The notes: a model not told the origin generated them from the sequence alone. 19,970 nt of DNA from Candidatus Thorarchaeota archaeon (GCA_048882325.1 JBHLRS010000028.1:21679-41648); one strand, 5' to 3'. Shown: positions 1 through 7,494, counted from the first letter of the stretch. Program-made: numbers and translations.

Positions 1-23
1 TAGCTCAGAAATCAGGTGAGTTC

Positions 24-428
24 ATGAAACTTAGTCATATAGGAATCATCGTCAAGGACATTGAGGATGGTATAAAGAATCATGAAGATCTCTTCGGGTA
101 CAAACAACTTGGTCCCATAATCGATGATTCTACTCAGAAAGTGCGCGTTGTTCTCATGGGAGCGTCGGAGGAAGACCCGGTCAAAGTTGAACTGATCTCA
201 CCGCTTACAGATGACTCACCTGTAACAAATCTGTTGAAAAAAAGACAGGCACTCTATCACCTGTGCTATTCAGTCCCTGATATTGAAGTTGCCAAGACGG
301 AGGCTCGCAAGAAGGGGGCTGTCGTTATCTCAAATCCTGTAGAGGCACCTCTCTTTGATGATCGGAGGATTTGCTTTCTACTTACTAAAGACCACTATGT
401 CATCGAGCTGGTCGAAGGTGAACAGTAG
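24..428 (+). CDS. mce: VOC/glyoxalase-superfamily protein, methylmalonyl-CoA epimerase-like
   Basis: Metal-ligand pattern of VOC epimerases: SHIGIIV..., VELISP, LYHLCYSVPDI, VIELVE; 134 aa; GGTGA RBS at 15-19. Confidence 0.7.
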   Translation: MKLSHIGIIVKDIEDGIKNHEDLFGYKQLGPIIDDSTQKVRVVLMGASEEDPVKVELISPLTDDSPVTNLLKKRQALYHLCYSVPDIEVAKTEARKKGAVVISNPVEAPLFDDRRICFLLTKDHYVIELVEGEQ

Positions 429-435
429 CTCCGAA

Positions 436-1338
436 CTATCTCTGAACGACGTAAACCTTTGAAAAGAGGTCAAACAGAGGTTCGATATAGCTAGTATTAA
501 GACTGGAGTAGACATGATTGCACATTTCTATGAACTTGTCAGCCCGTTCATCCGCAAGCTCGTTTATCCCTATTATTTTCCTTGCACTCTTGGTGATATC
601 CCTAACAAGTCCCTTTGCAGCTTTGTCCTCTCCAAAGATCTCAGTTGCATCCTGCTCAATCCTCTTCAGCTGACTCTTGACTCTAATGTCTGAAACATCG
701 TCAGCACCAAAGCTCTTCACGACATCCATCAGGACATCCAGAATACCATTGTGCAAACCTGCCACAAGCCCCTCAATCTCGTATGCAGTGAATCTCACTG
801 TGGTATCATCGCTGCTGAGCTGCCACTTCAAATCACTGCTTCTATTCACTGTTAGTTTTCTCTGGCCAACAGCGATGACCTCATCAAAATACCTTGAGTC
901 AATACTACTTTTCACAGCTGTTTTGATGATTGCAGCTTCTGGAAGTCGAATCTGGAGAGAATTTCCTCCGTTTGTAACGACAAGACACCTGCCATCAGTT
1001 GGGGTCATTTTCTTGACATAGTCTGAAGGGGGTGCAACCTCAACGGGTGGTAAGTGTTTCAGACGTTCCGACATCTGTCGAACCTCAGCTTCGGTGCAGA
1101 TGTAATTCTGTCTGTCGCCCGATATCATGATAGTACCTTCATCATCACGCGCAAACGTTATTTTTCCAACACCCGTTGTCTTCAGATATTCCTGTTTGTA
1201 GCTGCGTGCTGTCTGTGCAAGTTTATCTAAAGCTGCGGCAACCATATGAGCTTCTCCATAGCCCATTGTGATTTCTGCAGTACCTTCGGTCCCACGACCG
1301 ATTCCAAGTGATCCGTCACTTCGTATTTTGACATACAC
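436..1338 (-). CDS. Hypothetical protein (300 aa) with an internal duplication of a ~95-aa beta/alpha unit and a helical C-terminal domain
   Basis: Long ORF with GTG start and GGTGGAAGG upstream; residues ~2-95 and ~107-200 align by eye (YVK..DG..EA.....A...K.T..R..D.....T..E). Confidence 0.8.
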   Translation of the reverse strand: MYVKIRSDGSLGIGRGTEGTAEITMGYGEAHMVAAALDKLAQTARSYKQEYLKTTGVGKITFARDDEGTIMISGDRQNYICTEAEVRQMSERLKHLPPVEVAPPSDYVKKMTPTDGRCLVVTNGGNSLQIRLPEAAIIKTAVKSSIDSRYFDEVIAVGQRKLTVNRSSDLKWQLSSDDTTVRFTAYEIEGLVAGLHNGILDVLMDVVKSFGADDVSDIRVKSQLKRIEQDATEIFGEDKAAKGLVRDITKSARKIIGINELADERADKFIEMCNHVYSSLNTSYIEPLFDLFSKVYVVQR

Positions 1339-1514
1339 TACCTTCCACCATTCGAAACTAGGTGTGCTTTACTGAAAACTATTGTGGAGATTTCAGTCCA
1401 CATCAGAACGGTCATAATACCTTCAGAATAGCGATTGATTGAAGTCCCGGCACCCGTCTTGCATCTTATTGTTCTGATATTGACTAGACTATATTAAACT
1501 GCAATAGAATTGAG

Positions 1515-1539
1515 TGCAGAAGGTTTGTAGCCTCCTGCA
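1515..1539 (-). terminator. Putative stem-loop just downstream of the 1548-1907 gene
   Basis: Minus-strand TGCAGGAGG-N7-CCTTCTGCA forms a 9-bp stem with one G-U, 8 nt after the stop codon; pairing is better on the minus (sense) strand. Confidence 0.4.
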
Positions 1540-1547
1540 GTGTTTTC

Positions 1548-1907
1548 CTAAACTGAATCAGTAACGTCAAAAGCGAGAGTGCCTGCTTCCTTTGTCTTGA
1601 GTGAGAGATCAATCTTATGCTCCCCCTCTGGAAGAGGATCTCCTTTGACGAAAAGTTCTATCTCAACACCAACCTTGATTGGAAAGGTGTTGTCTTCGCT
1701 AATCTCTGAACCGAGAACTTCGCCATCAACCGATCTAATAACAAGGGAATCAAGTGGGTACTCATTCCCATCCACTTTGATTGGTGCCACTTCTGTTGTG
1801 GTCCCAGGAGACAAGGAGTTCTTCAATTTTAACGAAAAGCCGCCCTCGACATTTGCGAGGCTTCCTTTGATGTATAGCTTCCTAAGGAGGAAGGCTGGAA
1901 TTTGCAT
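1548..1907 (-). CDS. Small beta-sandwich hypothetical protein resembling the DUF6379-like domain also found fused to some HMG-CoA reductases
   Basis: MQIPAFLLRKLY.KGSL.N...GF...LKN...I.VDG...L..G.HKI pattern recalled from this family; ATG at 1907 with GGAGG RBS (cctcc 1919-1923). No HMG-CoA reductase catalytic domain is present. Confidence 0.6.
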   Translation of the reverse strand: MQIPAFLLRKLYIKGSLANVEGGFSLKLKNSLSPGTTTEVAPIKVDGNEYPLDSLVIRSVDGEVLGSEISEDNTFPIKVGVEIELFVKGDPLPEGEHKIDLSLKTKEAGTLAFDVTDSV

Positions 1908-2068
1908 TAGTCTTTTAGCCTCCAACTAATTATATTCTCGCCTGCAATCTTGTCAATCTTTTATAAGTTCCGAAGATGTCTCTTTTCCTCGATTTTCAAC
2001 TCATCTACAAAAAGTAATAAGCCCCCAGACATCCGAAGAAGTGAAACACCCGTGAAGGAGTGAAATGA

Positions 2069-2437
2069 TTGCAGTTTGATTTCTTTGATCCATTTGGTGG
2101 TATGTTTGGAGCATTCACTACGATGTTCATCGTTATCTTTGTGTTCATCATCATCATCGTAATTGTTGGTGTTGCCTTCGCTTGTAGAGCAAGCTCCGGT
2201 ATTGTCAGTAGTGTTGCTAAGGGCTTCACAATCGAAGCACCATCTTTCGTAATTCCTGAACGGCATCGGGGTCGAACAAGATCTGATGGCAGTGAGATGA
2301 AGACCGTTCGATTACCTGACAAGTGTCCATCTTGCGGTGCTGCTGTTTCCCATGAGGGGATAGACTGGACAGGACCTTTGGAAGCCAAATGCAATTATTG
2401 TGGAGGTACTCTAAAGGCCACATTCGAGAGCGTCTAG
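2069..2437 (+). CDS. Single-pass membrane protein with C-terminal zinc ribbon
   Basis: Hydrophobic stretch MFIVIFVFIIIIVIVGVAFAC; CPSC...CNYC pair; AAGGAGTGA RBS before a TTG start. Confidence 0.75.
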   Translation: MQFDFFDPFGGMFGAFTTMFIVIFVFIIIIVIVGVAFACRASSGIVSSVAKGFTIEAPSFVIPERHRGRTRSDGSEMKTVRLPDKCPSCGAAVSHEGIDWTGPLEAKCNYCGGTLKATFESV

Positions 2438-2601
2438 ACACCTATTATCCCACCAACGTCAGGATTATACTGACAGATTTAGGCGTTATATTTCTTTGAG
2501 GACATGCTAGTGGAATATATATCCAAATATGAGGAAGCTTTTTCACTAGCATATCCCGCTAAGATGTTAGGACTTGCGCTGCCCCCCACGAGGAAAACCC
2601 A

Positions 2602-2877
2602 ATGGTAGATGCACTCGAGATGCAGGAGGATGGCACAACACTCTCTGTCGAAATCAACAGAGAAAGCTTACTGCCTGACAGGGTACTTTGTGTTGTGGAT
2701 CATGCTAACAAGAATGTGTATATCTGGATGGGCAAAGAGGCCAATGTCCGTAAGCGCTTTGTTGGGTCAATGACTGCAAGTAAGATTCGAGGAGAACTCA
2801 ACACTGGATTTAGAGTTCGTTCATTAGACCAAGGAGACGAGACTCAAGATTTTTTCAACTCATTGATCAGGGAATGA
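2602..2877 (+). CDS. Single-domain gelsolin-like protein (Asgard ProGel type)
   Basis: Gelsolin-repeat signature: SLLPDRVLCV...NVYIWMGKEAN, a long helix, and SLDQGDETQDFF; 91 aa. Confidence 0.85.
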   Translation: MVDALEMQEDGTTLSVEINRESLLPDRVLCVVDHANKNVYIWMGKEANVRKRFVGSMTASKIRGELNTGFRVRSLDQGDETQDFFNSLIRE

Positions 2878-2951
2878 CACAGGAATAGGTTTCACGTCAC
2901 TGCCACAAGATTCTATAATGTGTCAGATAAGACTCCCAAGAGGTCACTATT

Positions 2952-3995
2952 TTGAGAGGATTGATGAAGACTTCACGAGGTATTGGAAACTTAGAGCTCA
3001 GGGAGCTTGAAGAACCAAGACCCAAGAGGGATGAAGTCCTGATTGAGGTTGCAGCTGCTGGTCTTTGTGGTACTGATATACACATCAAACATGATCAAGC
3101 ATTCTACACACCTCCGGTAGTTTTGGGTCACGAATACTCAGGCAAAGTTGTCGAGGTTGGTTCTGATGTGGCCTCTGTGAAAGTTGGTGACTCAGTAGTT
3201 TCTCCAGCGACAGCTTACTGTGGCAAGTGCCATCAATGTAAGACTGGTCACATGAACCGGTGCACAGCTGAGGACAAGAGAATCCTTGGGACCTCTAGAG
3301 CGAATGGGGCATTTGCGAAATACCTCGTGGTTCCAGACTACATTGTACATCAGGTTCCTGAAGGTGTAACAATGGAGGAAGCCGCACTTGCTGAACCCAT
3401 GGCGTGTGTCGTGCATTCAGTCATTGATAAGACACAAATATGTCCTGGTGACGTTGTTGTCGTGCAAGGTCCTGGCACCATGGGTCTGATGGCCACTCAA
3501 GTAGCCAAAGCCATGGGCGCAGGAAAAGTAATCGTGACAGGAGTGTCATCTGACCAGTGGCGTTTTGATATCGCAATGAAGATTGGCGCAGACCTGACAA
3601 TAGATGTCCAAGCTGAAGAGAATCCAATCGACATAGTCAACGCAGAAACTGATGATAGAGGAGCTGATGCAGTCATTGAAGCCTCAGGTGCCTGTGTGGC
3701 TTGTACACAAGCTTTGGATTTTGTAAAAGTAGCAGGGCATGTCACACTATTGGGTGTGAGAGGTCGTCCAGCAGACATTGACCTTGATCCTATTATCGTA
3801 AAAGAGCTCACGATGTCTGGTACATGGGGAACACTGCCATCATCATGGGTCACAACGCTTAGACTCATGTCATCTCGCAAAGTCGATGTTTCACCACTCA
3901 TCACTCATCGAATCTCTCTCTCAGAGTGGGAGAAAGGCTTTGACTTAATGGAGAACCAAAAAGCAATCAAGGTCCTCTTTACTAAATTTGAGTAA
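2952..3995 (+). CDS. Zn-dependent medium-chain dehydrogenase (sorbitol/threonine/2,3-butanediol dehydrogenase-like)
   Basis: GLCGTD, GHEYSG, structural Zn site CGKCHQC-x7-C, Rossmann motif GPGTMG. Confidence 0.92.
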   Translation: MRGLMKTSRGIGNLELRELEEPRPKRDEVLIEVAAAGLCGTDIHIKHDQAFYTPPVVLGHEYSGKVVEVGSDVASVKVGDSVVSPATAYCGKCHQCKTGHMNRCTAEDKRILGTSRANGAFAKYLVVPDYIVHQVPEGVTMEEAALAEPMACVVHSVIDKTQICPGDVVVVQGPGTMGLMATQVAKAMGAGKVIVTGVSSDQWRFDIAMKIGADLTIDVQAEENPIDIVNAETDDRGADAVIEASGACVACTQALDFVKVAGHVTLLGVRGRPADIDLDPIIVKELTMSGTWGTLPSSWVTTLRLMSSRKVDVSPLITHRISLSEWEKGFDLMENQKAIKVLFTKFE

Positions 3996-4014
3996 AGGTA
4001 CTGATGGTGATGCA

Positions 4015-4365
4015 ATGTTTCTAACAAAGGACGTTAAGAGCGAAGACTACCCGGTCTATCACCATCCGGGCATGAAAGGTGTTTATCGTAAGCAATTTCT
4101 CAACCCAGAAAACTCGGCCAAGACCTTTGCCTTACGTGCATACATCATCGAGTCTGGTGGACACACATCGCATGATGTTCATTCTCATGAACATGGAGTC
4201 TACATGTTGAGTGGCGAAGCAACCGTGATAGTTGGTGATAAAGAGGTGCATCTAAAATCAGGTGATGTCCTCCACATAGGTAGTGATGAGCCCCATCAAT
4301 TTTTCAACAATGGGTTGGAACCTGTGAAGTTCCTCTGTGTCAGAGACTTTACTTCTTCTTCCTAG
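4015..4365 (+). CDS. Cupin-domain protein
   Basis: HDVHSHEH...GDVLHI...PHQF.N cupin motifs; ATG at 4015 with GGTGA RBS is preferred over the TTG at 3988. Confidence 0.88.
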   Translation: MFLTKDVKSEDYPVYHHPGMKGVYRKQFLNPENSAKTFALRAYIIESGGHTSHDVHSHEHGVYMLSGEATVIVGDKEVHLKSGDVLHIGSDEPHQFFNNGLEPVKFLCVRDFTSSS

Positions 4366-4702
4366 GTGCCCACTCATCTAGACAGTCCTGGACAGTGGCA
4401 ACATGTGATGCTGCTGGACCTCCACCCATGACAATTGCGACGGAGCAGGCTTCCATGATCTCCTCTCTTGTTGCTCCGAGTGTGAGGGCTTGTTTCGTGT
4501 GGTAGACCATACACTCCTCACACGGTGAAAGCACAGATGCTACAATGCAGATTATCTCCTTGAACTTGGCAGACAGAGCACCATCTTTGTGTACAGTCTT
4601 CTGGAGGTCTGTGAATGCATTTCTTGTTTCGGGGATGTCTCGATTAAGAGCACCAAAATGTCTCATGAAACTCTTTAGGGTCTTTTCAACATCATCGGTC
4701 AT
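4349..4702 (-). CDS. Carboxymuconolactone decarboxylase / AhpD-like alkylhydroperoxidase family protein
   Basis: GALSAKFKEII...PCEECMVYH...A..LGATREEI.EA...MGGGPA; E-x11-C-x2-C-x3-H AhpD motif intact. Start placed at MTDDV (4702). Confidence 0.88.
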   Translation of the reverse strand: MTDDVEKTLKSFMRHFGALNRDIPETRNAFTDLQKTVHKDGALSAKFKEIICIVASVLSPCEECMVYHTKQALTLGATREEIMEACSVAIVMGGGPAASHVATVQDCLDEWAPRKKK

Positions 4703-4719
4703 TGGAACATTCCTCAAAT

Positions 4720-5514
4720 TCACTGGGCTGGTGTACCCATATTCCACTCGGACTGGGAATAGCGGCTCTGATATAAAGCCTGTGCAGTGTCCTTCTCGAC
4801 CTTCGAGAGAACTCCTCTCTTTAAGCTCTTTCCAGCGACATTCTCAATACTCTGCACAATCGCGGACTTGATTGATTCAACCGATGGGCAATCTCTCACT
4901 TGATCTGATATGTTCGTTACATTGTCCCGCTTGCTATCCATGCACCTGATTCTTGTCCGGTCGCGAAGGTAGACGAGCTGTTTCTCTCCAGGCGAGAGAC
5001 TCTGTTGGAGCATTGATAGATTCGAGTTTATGAGGAGGGTGCCATGCAGGAATGCAACACCCCGTTTCAACCATCCTGCAGTCCCAGTGATTTTCAAATT
5101 GTTTATCCTGATACAGGATCTGATTGGATCGAACTCTGCAGGGATTTCAAGCGATTGTAACGCCATCGAGATATTCCCAATAAATAGTTCATAGATTTCT
5201 TTCAAGGTCTTAGGGACATATGTTTCTCTACGACTAGCGCATATTGAGAAGTTCAAGTTTCCAGAGTCGTGATAGACTGCTCCACCTCCAGTAAATCGTC
5301 TGGCAATAGCAATATCATTATCCTCGCAGAATGAAAGATTCGTTTCTTTGTGAACACACTGGAACCGCCCGATCACCACTGCTCTGTCCAATCTCCAAAA
5401 CCGAAGAGTATTCAATTTCTCCTCTTGGTCAGCAGTGACTCTTGCCAATGCCTCGTCAATTGCCAGATTGTGATAGACCTCTGTGCTGTCCTCATCAATC
5501 ATCCGCCAAGTCAT
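4720..5514 (-). CDS. lplA: Lipoate-protein ligase A family (catalytic domain only)
   Basis: NLAIDEAL, LRFW, VVIGRFQ, RRFTGGGAVYHD.GNLNFS, KITGTA, HGTLL, Y...EWN; likely start MTWR at 5514; no separate C-terminal LplA domain. Confidence 0.9.
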   Translation of the reverse strand: MTWRMIDEDSTEVYHNLAIDEALARVTADQEEKLNTLRFWRLDRAVVIGRFQCVHKETNLSFCEDNDIAIARRFTGGGAVYHDSGNLNFSICASRRETYVPKTLKEIYELFIGNISMALQSLEIPAEFDPIRSCIRINNLKITGTAGWLKRGVAFLHGTLLINSNLSMLQQSLSPGEKQLVYLRDRTRIRCMDSKRDNVTNISDQVRDCPSVESIKSAIVQSIENVAGKSLKRGVLSKVEKDTAQALYQSRYSQSEWNMGTPAQ

Positions 5515-5585
5515 TCGCTTTTCACTCGTATATTCCCATTCATTTTTACCATACAACTGTCTCTGATTAGCTTGTTGCAAATGGG

Positions 5586-5708
5586 TTAGCCGATGGCTAA
5601 ATTAGGTTGCTCGCCATCGGCAGGAGGCCTCAGAGCAACGGGTGAGGCTTGGAGCAGATGTCGTATTCGAGGCTGACACGAATACCTCGTGTCGACAATC
5701 GGTCTGTT
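5586..5708. ncRNA. Candidate structured RNA element (two hairpins with complementary loops plus a second helical domain); family unknown
   Basis: Perfect stems 5589-5597/5613-5621 and 5627-5632/5643-5648; loop segments GTTGCTC (5606-5612) and GAGCAAC (5633-5639) are exact complements; further stems 5675-5681/5687-5693 and 5663-5669/5679-5685. Confidence 0.45.
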
Positions 5709-5825
5709 TGCTATAATATAAGGTCCCCCCGATAATAGGAGACGAAATCTATGGGATATATTGACCACATTCATGACAGGAAATGGCGCCAGGATGGAAC
5801 TCTTATACTGTAATAGCTATAGGTC

Positions 5826-6257
5826 TTGAAGAGTGTCACCAGAGGGAGTTATGATTTGCCAGTTCACATCCAACAATTTAAGGAAACACAGGAGGTTTTT
5901 CCTACTCTGAAATCTGTTGCGCAAAAGGATGATTTTGTATTCGCAATTACTGTGGTTTTGGATGGGGTAGTTGGTCAGGGAAATAAGAGGAAAATACCCT
6001 ATCACCTCTTCATTGATCTCACGAACTTTCCAAACATTATGCCTGACTGTTTTGTACTCAGTCCTCCTGACGCTGAAATCAAGCATGTGAATGTCTTCTA
6101 TCCGAAACTGTGTCCGAAGCTCAACAAAGAGCTTCCCTTCTTCTGCATCGGAAACATCGGACAAGCCTTACAAAAATACAGACATCTCATGGCGTTCCTT
6201 CAAGGTATGAAGAGAATTGTGAATACTGAAACCAGAGGACCTCGTTCTCCAATGTAG
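5826..6257 (+). CDS. UBC/E2 (ubiquitin-conjugating enzyme)-fold protein, divergent
   Basis: YHLFIDLTNFPNIMPDCFV resembles the E2 F.I.FP..YP..PP.V motif; HVN (H87-N89) resembles HPN; FFCIG (C107) resembles ICL; helix followed by a C-terminal P.SP. Confidence 0.65.
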   Translation: MKSVTRGSYDLPVHIQQFKETQEVFPTLKSVAQKDDFVFAITVVLDGVVGQGNKRKIPYHLFIDLTNFPNIMPDCFVLSPPDAEIKHVNVFYPKLCPKLNKELPFFCIGNIGQALQKYRHLMAFLQGMKRIVNTETRGPRSPM

Positions 6258-6258
6258 T

Positions 6259-7494
6259 CTAGAACTTCATCATGTATGGATTCTCGAGGATTTCCTTGAG
6301 CGCCTGCAAGAATTGTCCCGCTGGAGCCCCATCCAGGACTCTGTGGTCCACAGCACAGCTAGCCATCATTATGGATCTGATGGCAATCATATCATCAATC
6401 ACAACAGGCTTCTTCTTTATCTGTCCAAGTGCTAGGATAGCAGTTTCTGGAGGATTAATGACAGGAATGAACAGGTCTACCTTGAAAGGTCCCAGATTCG
6501 ACACAGTGAAAGTGCTTCCTGTGAGTTCCTCTGGCTTGAGCTTGTTCTGCTTGGCTCGATTTCCAAAGTCCTTTGTCTCCAATGCAATTTCGGTGATTGA
6601 CTTCTTGTTTGCATCTCTCACGGTGGGAACAATGAGACCGTCCTCTGTCGCCATGGCAACTCCGATGTTCACTTCATCAAACATGATCAAGTCATTCCCA
6701 GAGAGTGTAGCATTGAATTTCGGGAATTTTTCTAATGTGTCGGCCACTGCTTTGACAATGATGTCATTGAACGAGACCCTGATTCCGTGCTTTTTCTCAA
6801 CACGCTCATTGATCTCATTTCGTAGCTCCACAACCTCCGTCATATCTATCTCTGTAATCATTGTGATGTGCGGGTTGTGAGAACTCTGAGTCATCCTTCT
6901 GGCAATAGTTCTCCGAAGAGGACTCATGGTCGTAGCTTGTTTGATTTTGCGCTCATCAGAGAAGGTGACTGCTGGTGCACTGGGTGCTGCAAGAACATCC
7001 TTCTCTATAATTCTACCATCTGGACCAGTGCCAACAACTAGGGCAAGATCGATTCCCATCTCCTGCGCCTTCTTCTTTGCACGTGGAGATGCTTTGATTT
7101 TGCCGCCTGGAAGTCGGGTTTCAGCTTGCTTTGCTGCAGGTGTGGTTTCTGCCTTTATTTCGGGAGTTGTAGCTGTAGTAACTGGAACCGCAGGTGGTGC
7201 TTCGCCCTTGTTCAATTTCTTTGGCATAACATCAGGTACCTTCTCACCTTTGCTCCCAATGTAGGCAATAGGTTCACTGATTGGGATCTCATCGTCAATG
7301 TCACAGAGTATCTTTAGTAATACCCCACTTGCTGGAGCCTCGAGCTCAAACTCGTTCTTCTCACCAAAGATCTCTACGATTGGCTCTCCCTCTTTTACAG
7401 TGTCGCCCTCTTTCTTCAACCACTTGAGAATCACGCCATATTCCATGGCGACACTCATGCGCTGCATAATCATGGTTGTTACCATCGACTTCAC
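6259..7494 (-). CDS. 2-oxoacid/acetoin dehydrogenase complex E2, dihydrolipoamide acyltransferase (one lipoyl domain, PSBD, catalytic domain)
   Basis: Lipoyl domain KWLKKEGDTV..GEPIVEI..EK(46); Ala/Pro/Thr linker; PSBD ASPRAKK.A...GIDL..V.GTGPDGRI..KDV; TFTVSNLG; DHRVLDGA. Confidence 0.95.
   Translation of the reverse strand: MKSMVTTMIMQRMSVAMEYGVILKWLKKEGDTVKEGEPIVEIFGEKNEFELEAPASGVLLKILCDIDDEIPISEPIAYIGSKGEKVPDVMPKKLNKGEAPPAVPVTTATTPEIKAETTPAAKQAETRLPGGKIKASPRAKKKAQEMGIDLALVVGTGPDGRIIEKDVLAAPSAPAVTFSDERKIKQATTMSPLRRTIARRMTQSSHNPHITMITEIDMTEVVELRNEINERVEKKHGIRVSFNDIIVKAVADTLEKFPKFNATLSGNDLIMFDEVNIGVAMATEDGLIVPTVRDANKKSITEIALETKDFGNRAKQNKLKPEELTGSTFTVSNLGPFKVDLFIPVINPPETAILALGQIKKKPVVIDDMIAIRSIMMASCAVDHRVLDGAPAGQFLQALKEILENPYMMKF

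Noticed and set aside
24-428. Epimerase and mutase forming one propionyl-CoA (methylmalonyl-CoA) pathway locus
   Set aside because: They are more than 18 kb apart, and the mutase lacks the Tyr/Arg residues needed to bind methylmalonyl-CoA.
1371-1402. Short inverted repeats (ACTGAAA/TTTCAGT; TGTGGA/TCCACA) upstream of the 300-aa gene
   Set aside because: Only 6-7-bp arms with no second copy noticed, so they cannot be distinguished from chance.
5586-5774. 62-aa minus-strand ORF across the structured element
   Set aside because: No motif and no clear RBS; it spans a TATA-like tract, and the self-complementarity is better explained as RNA or DNA structure.
5515-5825. SRP RNA, RNase P RNA, 5S rRNA, tRNA, cobalamin riboswitch or HDV-like ribozyme as the identity of the structured element
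   Set aside because: No SRP helix-8 CAGG-N3-GNRA-N3-AGCA, no RNase P GAGGAAAGUCC, no tRNA T-loop or cloverleaf, no B12-box, and no consistent P1/P1.1/P3 for an HDV fold on either strand.
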